A stretch of 64,000 bases of DNA from Chiloscyllium plagiosum (GCF_004010195.1 NC_057719.1:39179335-39243334), one strand, 5' to 3'. Shown: positions 1 through 12,155, counted from the stretch's first letter. Numbers and translations: made by a program. The notes: generated by a model from the letters alone, not told the origin.

Positions 1-1535
1 TTCCAAAGGTCCATCGTATCCTCTCCCAACCAGTGCCCCACCCTTGACCCAGGCGCTCCTTAATGGGATGAGGAAAATTCAAATATACTATAGAGCTAGA
101 GTTAACAGTGATCTCCCTACCCCCACCCACACCAACACCTGGATATATTTGGTAATGTTAATAAATACCATGTATAAACATATATAACTATAAAATTACA
201 ACCTCAACAAGTAATAATTAAATATAATAATACGAAATAACAAGGGAAAACAACCCCCCTCCTAGAGACGTAGGTAAAATAGAATACGGTAACCACTTTT
301 CCCCACCAACATTAACTAGATCCCCCAGCCTATATATATATAGAATAATAAAAAAAAACAAAAAAGGGGAGAAAATCGTTAAGTAGAGAACAAATAAATA
401 AATCCCTCTCCCCACCCCCCAAGATAATATTAAACAGTAAGGTAAAAAAAAAGAAAAGGGGGGAATATAAACCAGAGTGGGGGGAAGGCAAACCAACATC
501 CATTATCTCTTACAATTTATCTAAGAGAGTCCAAAAATTCCTTAGGTTTTTCCGGCACTCCGAAGTTATACACGGATCCTTCATGGTTAAAGCGTAGCGT
601 CGCTGGGTAGCGTAAGGAGTACTGAATATTTAAGTCCCTTAAACACTTCTTCGCCTCAGCGAATGCCTTCCTTTTTCAGACCAGAGCTGGGGAAAAGTCC
701 TGGAATAACATGATCTTGGATTCTTTATAGATCATGGCTTGGGAATCTTTTCCAAGATTTCTAGAGGCTTCTAGGAGTATCCGCCTCTCCTTATAGCTCT
801 GCAGCCGGAACAGGACCGGGCGGGGACGCTGGTTTGAGCTGGGCCCGTGTATTGCAACCCGGTAGGCCCATTCCACCCTTACCTGGCCTGATCCAGCCTC
901 CAGAGTTAAATGCTGTGGCAGCCACTGTTTGAGAAACGCTGTAAGCTGGCCTTCCTCTTCCCGTTCGGGAAGGCCCAGCAAACGAATATTTTTTCAACAA
1001 CCTCGATTATTGAGGTCATCAATATGATTCTCTAAGGTCCGGACTCGCTGCTTGAGAGTCCGAACCCGATCCACGGCCGATTGTGCTGTAGTTTCGGAGG
1101 TCGCGGCCTTTAGCTCCGCCCCTCGGACGCGGCACTCGATTTCCTTAATGTCTCGGTCGTGCTTTTGCAGTGCGGCCGAGAGTAAGTCTACTCGACTTCG
1201 GGATTCTTCAATAAAAGCATCGATCTTCACATCCAGTTTGGAGATGATTTCCACCAGGCTCGCCACCGTAGGCAAGTCCCCCGGGGCGGCTGCGGACGCC
1301 TCAGCTGGAGAGGGTGGGGGAGGGGTTCCTGCTTGCTGAGAGCTGCAGGCTCCCTTCCCTTTAGTCATTTTTACTGAAGATTAGATTGTTTAAATTTAAT
1401 ACTAAGCAACTAATTAAACAACTATTTTAAATGATTTGGTGAGTGTGGTGGGGGTGGATGACCCACTTTGCCCAAGTCTTGGGAGGAGCACTATAGACTC
1501 AGACTTGCTGGGTCGCCGCCATCTTGGATCCCCCC
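1..1535 (-). mobile_element. LINE-1 5' portion (5'UTR, ORF1, inter-ORF spacer); continues off the left edge
   Basis: The minus strand starts GGGGGGATCCAAGATGGCGGCG, an L1-type 5' end with a YY1-like CAAGATGGCG motif (1517-1526), followed by an L1 ORF1-type frame. Confidence 0.88.
517..1368 (-). pseudogene. L1 ORF1 RNA-binding protein, 283 codons with two in-frame TGA stops
   Basis: One continuous frame: coiled coil ...LENHIDDLNNRGC*KNIRLLGLPEREE...RPRPVLFRL...IMLFQDFSPALV*KRKAFAEAKKCLRDLNIQYSLRYPATLRF...EFLDSLR*. Matches the L1 ORF1 RRNNIRIxGLPE and LxYPAxL motifs. Confidence 0.88.
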
Positions 1536-1736
1536 GGTCTTATGGTCTAATGCCTTTTGTAAGTAACAAAACTTTGGATGATCAGGGTACCAAAGATAAT
1601 GCACCTTCATCCAAGAACTTCAGAAAGGTTGGAATTTGTCATTGACACGAGGTATCTGGACTTATTGAAAAGTCTTGTTGGAACTTTGCACTTTTTAGAG
1701 GAAGTATCAGTTTATATCAGTTTCTAAATACCTAAG

Positions 1737-2115
1737 TTTGCTCACTGAGCTTGAAGGTTTCAGACATTTCGTCACCATACTAGGTAACATCATCAATGAG
1801 AGTCTCCAGTGCAGCACTGGTGGTATGTCCCTCCTTTCTGTTTATAGGTCTTGGTTTCTTAAGGTGGGTGATGCCATTTCTAGTCCTTTTGTTTTCAAGA
1901 GAAGATAGATAGGGTCTAAATCGATCTGTTTATTGATGGAGTTCTGGTTAGAATACCATGCTTCTAAGAATTCTCGTGTGTGTCTTTGTTACGCCTGTCC
2001 TAGGATGTGTGTGTGTGTTGTCCCAGTCAAAGTGGTGTCCTTCTTTGTCTGTATGTATAGAACTAGTGATAATGGATCATGTCTTTTGGTGGCCAGTTGG
2101 TGTTCATGTATCCTG
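1737..2115 (-). mobile_element. Penelope-like element 3' fragment (Penelope/Poseidon-type GIY-YIG C-terminus plus terminal repeat)
   Basis: The minus strand encodes HEHQLATKRHDPLSL...EGHHFDWDNT..ILGQA*QRHTREFLEAWYSNQNSINKQIDLDPIY. A degenerate hammerhead motif lies at about 1763-1800. Confidence 0.75.
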
Positions 2116-2720
2116 GTGTAACGTAACTTGCAGGAAACCATAAGAAGAGAAATGTTGTTGTAATTGGGGATCGTATAGTTAGAGGCATAGACACTGTTCT
2201 CTGTGACCAGATTAAGAGTCCTGCCTGGTGCTCGGGTTCAGAATATCTCATCTGGACTTAGAGAAACTTGGAGTGGGAGGGTAAAGATCCAGTGGTCGTA
2301 GTCCATGTAGGTACCAATGACATAGATAAAACTAGGACAGATAAGGGAGTATGAACAGCTAGGAGCTAAATTAAAAAGCAGAACCAAAAAGGTAATAGTC
2401 TCTGGATTACTATGTGAAACATGAGCTAATTGGCACAGGTCAATAAGATTAAGCAGGTAATCTTAAACAGGCTCAAAGATTGCTGTAAGAGAAATGAGTT
2501 TGAATTCATGGGACGTTGACACCAGTACTAGGAAGAATGGGCCTGTTCTAATGGGACGGTCTTCATCTGAACTGTGCTGAGACCAGACTCCTAGCAAACT
2601 GCATGACCAGGGCTGTAGACAGAGCTTTAAACTTATTGTGTGTGTGTGTGTTTGGGGGGTGGGGGGGTGGGTGTTGGTTAGCTATAGGAGTAATTAGAAA
2701 ACCCACATTAAAGGAGGAGA

Positions 2721-2868
2721 TCATAGAGATGTAAAACATGGAAACAGACCCTTTGATCTAACCTGTCCATGCCAACCAGATATCCCAACCAATCTAGTCC
2801 CACTGCCAGCACCCAGCCCATATCCCTCCAAACCCTTCCAATTCATAAACCCATCCAAATGCCTCTTC
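2721..2868 (-). mobile_element. Short 3' CR1 fragment inserted antisense into the older CR1
   Basis: KRHLDGFMNWKGLEGYG C-terminus plus a CR1 3' tail; same family as 29003-29510 and 58668-59130. Confidence 0.8.
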
Positions 2869-4149
2869 AGGAGAGTTATTAAAATCTCCAGCACAGACAC
2901 AAATAGGACAGAGCCTATGGAAAGTGTAAGCAATCAAACTTTAAGCACACTGGACAAATGAATGACAATGCAAAGAAGGACAGTTAATACAGGACTAGAG
3001 GTGTTATATCTGAATGCATGCAGTATAAGGAATAAGGGATATGAGCTTGGAGCGTGGATCAAAATTGGGAGAGATGATGAAGTGAGCATCATGCAGATGT
3101 GGCTGCAAGTGGATCAGGATTGGAAGCTGAATATTCAAGGATGTACGTCCTATTGAAAAGATAGGTAGGTGGGCAGAGGGGGTGGGGTTGCCTTATTAGT
3201 AAAAAATGAAAATAAATCAATAGTAAGAAACAAAGTAAGGTCAGATGGTGTAGAATAGGTGTGGGTAGAATGGAAGAACCACAAAGGTGAAAAACAACAT
3301 AGTTGGTTATGTGCAGGCCTTCAAACAGTATCAGAAGTGGAGGTGCAAGATACACCAGGAGGCGGAAAAGATGTGTAGGAAAGGTAAAGTTACAGTGATC
3401 ATAGGTGATTTCAATATGCAGGAGAACTGGGAACATCAGTTTGGTAGTGGACTGCAAGAAAAGGCATTTGTGGAATGTTTATGAGATGGGTTTTTTTTGT
3501 AGCAACATGTGGTGGATCCCACAAGAATTTAGTGTTGTGCAATGAGGCAGACTTGATAAGGGAGCAAATGGTAAAGGAATCCTTAGGAGGCAGTGAACAT
3601 AATATGATTAAATTTACTCTGGAAGACATCCCAAAAATTCAAGAGTGATGGGGCAGATTTGAGTATGGTGGCCATCACCAAGGAGAAGGTGCTAGAAAAA
3701 CTGAATGGCCTGAAGGTGGATAAATCACCTGGACCAGATGGACTACACCCCAGAGTTTGAAGGGAGATAATTGAAGATACAGTGGAGGCGTTAATGGTGA
3801 CTTTTCAGGAATCGCTAGAATCAGGGAGGATCCCCGAGGACTAGAAAATCACTAATGTGACACTCCTGTTTGAAAAGGGAGTAAGGCAAAAGACAGAGAA
3901 TTATAGACCAACTCGTCTAAGATCCTGGAATTAATTGTAATGGATGAGATTTCTGAACACTTGGAAGTGTGTCGTAAAATAGGGCAAAGTCAGCATGCTA
4001 TCATCAAGGGGAGGTTATGCCTGACAAATCTGTTAGAATTCTTTGAGAAAGTAACAAATAGGTTAGACCAAGGAGAACCAATAGATGTCATCTCTTTGGA
4101 CATCAAGAAGGCCTTTGTCAAGGTTGCGCCTAGGAGGCTACTGAATAAG

Positions 4150-4499
4150 GTAAAGAGAATGCAAAGACTGCAGATGTTGGAGTATCAGAGTTGAAAAGAG
4201 TGGCGCTGGAAAAGTACGGCAGGTCAGGTGGCATCCAAGGAGCAGGAAAGTCGAAGTTTCAGGCATAAGCACTTCATCAGGAATGTAGAAGAGGAAGGGG
4301 AATGAGAGATAAATAGGGGGTTTAGGGTGATTGGGGGAAAGGTAGGTGGGAAGGCAATAGGTGGTTGCAAACCTGCATCTACCTATTGCCTTCCGAGCTT
4401 ACCTTCCCCCAGTCCCACCATCACCCCCAAACCCCCATTTATCTCTCATCCCCTTTCCCCTTCTATATTCCTGCTTTTCCAGCACCACAGTTTTCAACT
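4150..4499. mobile_element. PLE-derived fold-back insertion within the CR1
   Basis: The CR1 frame is interrupted between ctgaataag and ctgagtaag (imperfect TSD). The ends are inverted (gagttgaaaa...ctggaaaag / cttttccag...ttttcaactc). Confidence 0.65.
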
Positions 4500-6573
4500 C
4501 TGAGTAAGATAACGCCCCATGGTGTTAGGGACACAGTGCGAGCATGGATAGAAGCTCGGCTGTCTGGCAGAAAGCAGAGTGGGAATAAAAGGGTCTCTTT
4601 CAGGATGGCAGCCTGTTACAGGTGGTATTCCGCAAGGGTCAGTATTTTCACTTTATACATTTACAATCCAGATGAAGGAACTGAGGGCATTCTGGCTAAC
4701 TTTACAGATGATACAAAGATAGGTGGAGGGACAGGTAACATTGAGGAGTCAGGGAGGCTGCAGGATGATTTGGACAGGTTAGGAGAGTGGGCAAAGAAGT
4801 GGTAGATGGAGTCCAATGTGGAAAAGTGTGAGGTCATGCATTTTGGTAGGAAGAATAGAGGCATGGGCTATTTTCTAAATGGAGAGAAAATTCAGAAATC
4901 TGAAGTGCAAAGAGCCTTGGGAGTTCTAATCCAGAATTCTCTCAAGGTAAACTTTCAGGTTGAGTCTGTAGTTAGGGAAGCAAATGCAATGATGGCATTT
5001 ATTTTGAGAGGACTTGAATACAAAAGCAGACATGTACTTCTGAAGCTTTACAAGGCTCTGGTTGGACCACATTTGGAGTATTGTGTGCTGTTTGGGCCCC
5101 ATGTCTCAGGAAGGATATTCTAAAGCATGTTCAGAGGAGGTTCATGAGAATGGTCTCAGGAATGAAAAGCTTAATATGTAAGTAACGTTTGAGGACTCTG
5201 GGTCTGTATTCACTGGAGGTTAGAAGGATGAGGAAGGATCTAATTGAAACTTACAGAATACTGAATGAGCTGGACAGAGTGGATGTTGAGAAGATGTTTC
5301 CATTGGTAGGAGAGACTTAGACCCAAGGACACAGCCTTAGAGTTAAAGGGAAGACCCTTTAGAATGGATATAAGGGGAAATTTCTTCAGACAGAGAATGG
5401 TGAATCAACGGAATTCATTGCCACAGAAGGCTGTGAAGGCCAGGTCATTGATTATATTTAAGACTGAGGTAGACAGGTTCTTAATTGTCAAGAGGATCAT
5501 GCGTTACGGGGAGAAAGTTAGAGAAAGGAGTTGAGAAACCTATCAGCCATGATTGTTGGCGGAGCAGACTCAATATACTGAATGGCCTAATTTCTGCCCC
5601 TATGACTTATGATCTTAAAACTAGACAAACTGACTAAGCAGTGACACTTTTGACTCAGCATTGCTGTTAATTTATATGAACTGCTTGTTTTTAGGTTTTG
5701 CTTCAGTAAGCAGCGGGTTGTCTGTTTATATTTAGAAAGTATCGGAACTTCCAGTGGTCACCCTATTTAGCTAATCCCACTCAACTGACTTTTTGAAAAC
5801 ATTTTTTCCTTTTATAGGTTGAAGCTCATACCTTTCTCACCTTCTCTTCATTTGGTGGTTATTCAGGGAAAAAGAATGTATGAATATCAGTTATGCTAAA
5901 GGCTGGCCAACTCGTGAGAGCAGTTGAGGTGCAGGGCGATGGGGATGGGGGTGTTAAAAGAAGCCATATCATACTGAGATCCAAACCTCATTCAAATTAA
6001 ATTGATGTGCTGTAAATCCCAAATTGATATCTCAATACAGCTTTCAAATTTCAATATCAGGAGGAGAAAAGACTGCTGAGTTAAGAACAAACATATTCAA
6101 GTGAGGCTAGGATGTGGGTGGCGGGGACAGTGTTGAGGCTGTGAGAGTGGGAGGATTCAGAATCCCAGTGCATCAAATTAGTTTGATGGTGATCAAAGTC
6201 AAATTTCTGCTCCTGTTGGCTAATTGACATAATTAGTTTGGATCTTTGTAAGGCCTCTGTGTCCACACACCTCAAGAACCGTAATTGGAGTTCTGTGGAT
6301 GTTTCATATTTGTAAAGCAGCCTGTTATCTAGACCAGGCAGGCCCTCCCCCTGCCCCACAGCAGTGGGCCTTTCTGTGTTAGCAGCAGACTTCAGTGCAA
6401 GCTGCCTATTGATTCTCAAGGCCACTTTGCCACACCAACACAAGTCTTGGCAATTATTTTAAGAATCAGACAAAATCCCATGTCTGTCTCTTACACATTT
6501 ACACTGTTTAGTTTCAGCAAGATTATTAAATGTCATTATAGTAACTGTATACGCTGAAAGCTTGTGACAAGTC

Positions 6574-7875
6574 TAAAACAAAAACAGAAATTGCTGAAGA
6601 AACTCAGCAGGCCTGGCAGTGTCTGTGGAGAGAAAGCAGAGTTAATGTTTCAAGTCCAATGACTGTCCTTCAAAGCTGAGAGTAGCTAAGAAATGGTGAT
6701 CTATATTGCTGAAGACAGGGTTGGGGGCAGGAAGGAGAGGAGTGAGCAGATATGTGCAGGTGGAACCCAAAGAGAGGGGACAACAGTTAGGCAGACAGAG
6801 GGATAGATGATACTATGCCAGGGAGAAAGAAAAACTGATCATGGAGACCATAAGTAACTAAAATGGTTTGGTTGTGTTGAAAGCAGTCCATGTCATAACA
6901 GGGCCTACAGTGCAGGCGTGGGTATAGGGTATAGAGGAAGGTGTTCAGGTTCTAAAAGTATTGAACTTGATACGCAGTCATGAAGGTTTCAAGGTTCCAA
7001 GTAGAAAATGAGATGCTGTTCTTCCAGATCATGCAGAGTTTTGCTGGAGCACTGCAGTAAGCCTGTAACAGAGATAAGAACTCTTCATCGGGACACTATA
7101 AAAAGTTAACTCTGCTTTCTTCCCACTAAATGCTGCCAGACCTGCTGAGTTTCTCCAGCAATTTCTGTTCTTGTTTCAGATTTCCAGCATCTGCAGTTCT
7201 TTATTTTATTGATGTGCAGGTAAATTACTGCTTTGTCATGAAGAAATGTCTGGGGCATTGGATAGTGAGGACTAGGGAGGTAAATGGGCAAGCGTTACAC
7301 CTTTTGTGAAAGCATGAGAAGGTGCCATGGGGATGTTGGAAGGTTAAGGAAGTGGAGAAGGAGTGGACCAGAGGGAATAGTCCCTGACAGGGTAGGAGAG
7401 GGGCATACGTTTGGTGGTGGCCTCCCATTGGAAATGGGCTGATGACGTGGAAGGTAAGGATGAGAGGGAAGCTGTCGTTGTTGTGGAGGGAAGAGAAGGG
7501 GTGAGGGCAGAAGTGTAAGGAAAGGGTCAGACACTCACCCTATCAACTACAGTGATGGGGAATCCTTGGTTGAGGAAAAAGGTGGATATTTCTGAGACAC
7601 CCTGCAGAAGGTGACATCATAATATGCACTGCTTTCAACACAGTCAGCTAACGTTCAGCGACTTATGCTCCCCATTATCAGTTTGTCTTTCTCCCTGGCA
7701 TATTATTATCCATCCCTTTGTCTGCCCAATTGTTTTTTTTCTCTGGGTTCCATCTCCACCTATCCACTCATTTCTTTCTGGCTCCATCTTCAGCATATGT
7801 ACAACATTTTCCTTCCACTATTAGTTTTGAAGAAGGATCACTGGATTTGAAACGTTAGCTCTGCCTTCTCTCAGC
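6574..7875. mobile_element. Composite old Penelope-like (Neptune-type) remnant with oppositely oriented terminal repeats
   Basis: Terminal-repeat motif aaacagaaattgctg...ctcagcagg.ctggcag on both strands; minus-strand GTFSCFHKRCNACPF zinc-knuckle-like segment resembling 48310-49480. Confidence 0.65.
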
Positions 7876-7984
7876 AAAGTATTTATTACAGTTTTAACAG
7901 TATTAAAGCAAGTTAGTGCTGAATTTAATGTATATATTCACAGTTTAATGCTATTGAGACTACATCCTTAATAATTGAGCATGC

Positions 7985-8117
7985 AGGTGACTATCACCTG
8001 ATGTTGGAGCATTGCTCCGAAAGCTCGTGTGCTTCCAATTAAATCTGTTGGACTATAACCTGGTGTTGTGTGATTTTTAACTTTGTACACCTCAGTCCAA
8101 CACTGGCATCTCCAAAT
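7985..8117 (+). mobile_element. Short PLE-type terminal repeat of a second family with a degenerate hammerhead
   Basis: cac-CTGATGtt-GGAGC-att-GCTCC-GAAA-GC-TC-gtg; related sequence at 43974-44156 and 46895-46977. Confidence 0.6.
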
Positions 8118-8188
8118 CAGGATATTTATAGCTGAAAATGTGTTGCTGGAAAAGCGCAGCAGGTCAGGCAGCATCCAGGGAACAGGAG

Positions 8189-8224
8189 AATCGACGTTTC
8201 AGGCATAAGCCCTTCTTCAGGAAT
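8189..8224 (-). ncRNA. Minimal hammerhead ribozyme motif (antisense arm)
   Basis: Minus strand reads attc-CTGAAGA-A-GGGC-TTAT-GCCT-GAAA-CG-TC-gatt. Confidence 0.6.
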
Positions 8225-8428
8225 GAGGAAAGTGTGTCCAGCAGGCTAAGATAAAAGGTAGGGAGGAGGGACTTGGGGGAGGGGCGTCGGAAATGCGATA
8301 GGTGGAAAGGTGGATAGGTGACCTATCACCCTCACCTTGACCTCTTTCCACCTATCGCATTTCTGACGCCCCTCCCCCAAGTCCCTCCTCCCTACCTTTT
8401 ATCTTAGCCTGCTGGACAAACTTTCCTC

Positions 8429-8464
8429 AGTCCTGAAGAAGGGCTTATGCCCGAAACGTCGATT
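8429..8464 (+). ncRNA. Minimal type I hammerhead ribozyme motif (PLE-associated)
   Basis: AGTC-CTGAAGA-A-GGGC-TTAT-GCCC-GAAA-CG-TC-GATT: intact CUGANGA and GAAA core, 4-bp stem II, palindromic ACGT in place of stem III, helix I AGUC/GAUU; predicted cleavage after C8460. Confidence 0.72.
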
Positions 8465-8828
8465 CTCCTGTTCCCTGGATGCTGCCTGACCTGCTGCGCT
8501 TTTCCAGCAACACATTTTCAGCTCTGATCTCCAGCATCTGCAGACCTCACTTTCTCCTCCAGGATATTTATAGTCAGCTAAGGGATATTGTTTTCTCTAC
8601 AAATGAACTGCTCATAGTTTTAAAAACTAAGGGAATATTTGCATAAAGATTACCTAGAATTAACACTGCCAAATGTTTGCATAGTAGTAGTTTTACTGGC
8701 ACACAAAATGTTAACTCCAAGCTAGTAATCAACTTGTTTTTAAATTATTGAACCAGTTTTAATTGACATTCAAGCAGAAAAAATGGTTGATATTATCTGA
8801 ATATTAATAATGATTCTCTTCTGCCTAG

Positions 8829-9468
8829 AAAAAGACATTAAAGAACTTATTGAGCAACAAAGATATTTCAAAGCTGACCAGCATCTCATCAAGTTAGAAT
8901 ATGAGCGATACACTAATGATGTGGCAAATGACGAAAGCACCAAAAAGGAAGAGAAAGCCATTAATTCATTGTACGAGTTGCTTAGTGCTGAAATTTTCAA
9001 TGTGGTAAAAGAATCATTTAACATTTCCAAAGAACACCCAAATCTCTTGAAAATGGCAGTCCAAGTGAAAATCCAAGAAGAAAAAGCAGACCAAATATAC
9101 CTGGAAGAAAAGGAAAAATCTGGAAGTGTTCCTGAGTTCAGGCCGAGGCAATGGGACGCTAAATGGCTGAGCATTTTACAGCACTCCGTGAACGAAAGGA
9201 TAAGTGAACCACTCAGTGGTTCTGAAGACAGTAAGACTGACTGGCTCACACAGTGTTTAGTGCAACTTCGTAGCCAACTCAAAGCAGATTTTGACACCAT
9301 TGTGAACTGCATTAATCCATGTTACCCTGAGGAATACAATATATGTGTGAAGTATGCTGAATGCTATTGTAAAACAGTTTCTTCTCATATCTCATTATTA
9401 GCAGAGAGTGGACTGAAAGGAAAAGAAGTTTATCCACTTCTCTATTGGATTAATAAGTGCTATCCAGA
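8829..9468 (+). CDS. TNFAIP2: TNFAIP2-like coding exon A (large exon)
   Basis: Acceptor ttctcttctgcctag, donor GA|gtaagt; encodes KDIKELIEQ...RPRQWDAKW...INPCYPEEYNIC...LLYWINKCYP; phase 1 in, phase 2 out. Confidence 0.92.
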
Positions 9469-10204
9469 GTAAGTCACTCTGATTCTTTTCTTACTATATT
9501 ATTTTCTTAACCGTTGGAAATTTAAATTACTTTGAACATTATAAATTTCTCAGATGCCAATCTCTTTTCACGCCGAGAAATGAATAGAAAAAGTGCTATC
9601 AACCAAACAGTGTTTCCTCTACAATTTAACTTGAATTTTAATCACTGACCTCAATTACTCATAGAACTCAGCATTTTTAGCATATTGATTTCTTTGTGGA
9701 TATTTTCAGTAAATTGCTGTTCCATTCAAATTTGACCCCTTTACATACACACAATTCTTTGCCTGTGTAGCCTCTGTAAACCTCCCTATTTTTTTTTCAT
9801 AAAGAGTTTAAGGCACCTGGATGATTTTTTAGAATTGTTTTCTGCATTCTTTATGAAGAAACAACTTCCACTGTTTGACATCTGACACCACTTACGTGTG
9901 GAGTTCTAAGTGAAATGAAAGGTTGACAATTCTGTTACTTAAAATGCCGCTGCATTATTATCACCAAATTGCTGACTGAGTTAAATAATTTAAGTATGTA
10001 TTTTAGTGAATATCAGATTTGGTTAGATGCCATAGACTTAGTGCATTACTTCGTATAAAAGAGTTATGTTTTGCAATTGCCTAATTTATCAGTATTCATC
10101 ATTTAACTCGCTGGTAGGAGATTTTGATTTAATGCCACTGTCAAAGCTGACTTGCAAAGCCAAAACATCTAATATCAATCCATGCTATGCTCGAAATGTA
10201 TTGT

Positions 10205-12155
10205 GGGCCCGATGGAAGAGGGTGGTAGAGAATTTTCCTGGGGTGGGAGGGGTCTTTGATGTTGGTTGCTTCCCTGAGGCAGCAGGAAGTATAGATGGAG
10301 TCAGTGGGTGGAAGGGTGGTCTGCATGATTGACTGGGCTGTGTTCACGACTCTTTATAGTATCTTGTCTTGGGCAGAGGGTTGCCGTACCAAGCTGTGAC
10401 GTATCCAGATAGGATGCTTTCTGTGGAGCATCTATATAAATTGTAAGAGTCATTGCTGACATGCTGAATCTCCTTAGCCTCCTGTGGAAGTAGAGGCATT
10501 GGTGTGTGTTTACTTGACAGTAGCATCGGTGGACCAGGACAGATTGTTGGTGATATTTACTCTGAGGAACTTGAAGCTCTCAGCCATCTCCACCTCAGCA
10601 CCATTGGGGTATGTCCTCCACTTGGCTTTTTGAAGTCAATGACCAGTTCCTTTGATTTGCTGACATTGAGGGACAAATTGTGTCTTTACGCCATGTTGTT
10701 AATGTTCCAACGCAGCAGTGAAACCCCTCTGCTAATTAAACCAAACACCCAGAAAATCTCACCTTGCCTCGTAATCTATTAAAATATGAGTGACAGAGAA
10801 CTCCATAAATTCCACTACCTAAAGAAAAATATTAATTTTATTCTTTAACTCTAAAGTTAACATTAAACAACAACTATTTATAACTCTAAGCCCCTTTTCT
10901 CTTAAAGTCTGTTTTTTATCTCCAACTCTATAACAGTATACTGATCCAATAAAGACCCATATTAAAACTGCATCAACTTAATTTTCAAAATCAGACAGCA
11001 GCTGTCATCATCAGTGTTGGTCTTCTTTCAGCTGCCAATCCCCCAGGTCATCTTCAGTCTTTTCTGCGATGATATTTCAAATGAAAAAGGTATCTTTGAT
11101 AGAGAGTGTTTTGAATGACAGTCTCTCTTAAATGGCAGGTTGCACTCTCTCTCCTGCTAACTCTCAAAATGTCAGTTTATGTATACCCTAAACATTGGAT
11201 TGTCTCATTAGTTCAATGTTGTCAAAACAGTAAAAGTCAAATTTGATTGGGTTCTAGTATCCTGGGCATAATTTAAGCTGATTGGTTAAATTCAAACTGT
11301 TATGAACATAGCAGCCAAATGTTACATATTTTCAATTTTCAGTACACTCTGAGACTACTAGTCAGTCAATGGCAGGTGCCTGCAAACTCTCACTGCCAAA
11401 ACAACTTTCACTCTCTCTTAAAGGTACAATATACACCTTCAACTTCATAACACTAAGCTGTCTGTCTCTTTTCTGTTCTCTGTCTCATCGTTATTTGAGA
11501 TCCAACCCACGACAGTGCTGTCATCAACAAATTTGTGAATGGAGTCAGAGCTCGATTTGGCCACACAGTTGTGAGCGAATAAAGAGTACAGTAAGTGGCT
11601 GAATACGCAACCTTGCAGGGCACTGGTGTTAAGGATTATGGTGGAGGAGGTGTTGTCGCCTGTTCTTTCTGATAGTGGACTGTGGGTCAGGAAGTCGAGG
11701 ATCCAGTTACAGAGGGAGGAGCAGAGTCTTGGGTCTCGGAGTTTGGAGATGAGTTTGGTTGGAATTATGGTGTTGAAGGTAAAGCTAAAGTCAATAAGTA
11801 GGAGTCTGACGTAGGTCTCCTTGTTGTCCAGATACTATAGAGATGAGTGTAGGGCCTGGGAGATGGCATCTGCCAGTTGTGATGGTAGCAAACTATAGTG
11901 GATCAAGGCATTTTGGGAGGCTGGCATTGACGTGAGCCATTACTAATCTCTCAAAGCATGTCAGAGCCACCAGGCTGTAGTCATTAAGGAACATTGGCTG
12001 ATTTTTCTTTGGCACCAGGATGATAGTGGTCTTTTTGAAGCATGTGGGAGACTCGCATCAGAGTGAGGAGAGGCTAAAGATGTTTGTAAGTAATCCCACC
12101 TGCTGATCCATGCAGGATCTGAATGTATGCCCAGGGACTCCATCCAGCCTGTCGT
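10205..12155 (-). mobile_element. Degenerate Rex1/Babar-type LINE, interrupted by an LTR-like segment
   Basis: Minus strand [17 protein letters not shown]...[10 protein letters not shown]...LNTSALQGC and YRCSTESILSGYVTAWYGN. Confidence 0.8.
10697..11452. mobile_element. Solo-LTR-like insertion
   Basis: Begins TGTTA.. and ends ..TAACA, splitting the Rex1/Babar element; no ORF and no clear TSD. Confidence 0.5.

Larger units (their letters stand above)
2130..5616 (+). mobile_element. Degenerate, internally deleted CR1-clade LINE (ORF1 esterase, APE endonuclease, RT, 3' tail)
   Basis: VVVIGDRIVRG / VVVHVGTND esterase motifs near 2155-2320; LYLNACSIRNK and IIGDFNM endonuclease motifs; SPGPDGLHP, CLTNLLEFFE, FTDDTK and LYKALVGPHLEYC RT-region motifs; many stops and frameshifts. 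Confidence 0.9.
8132..8559. mobile_element. Young PLE-derived fold-back insertion with 14-bp TSD
   Basis: TSD caggatatttatag at 8118-8131 and 8560-8573; near-perfect inverted arms of about 180 bp (8130-8309 vs 8344-8524). Confidence 0.9.

Noticed and set aside
5818..5877. Candidate upstream exon (tttatag|GTT...AAT|gtatga)
   Set aside because: In the phase-1 frame needed to join exon 8829 it hits TGA immediately and it has no ATG; at most a non-coding exon, and unsupported.
8770..9312. 180-aa minus-strand ORF
   Set aside because: It is the antisense shadow of the large TNFAIP2-like exon and has no recognisable motifs.
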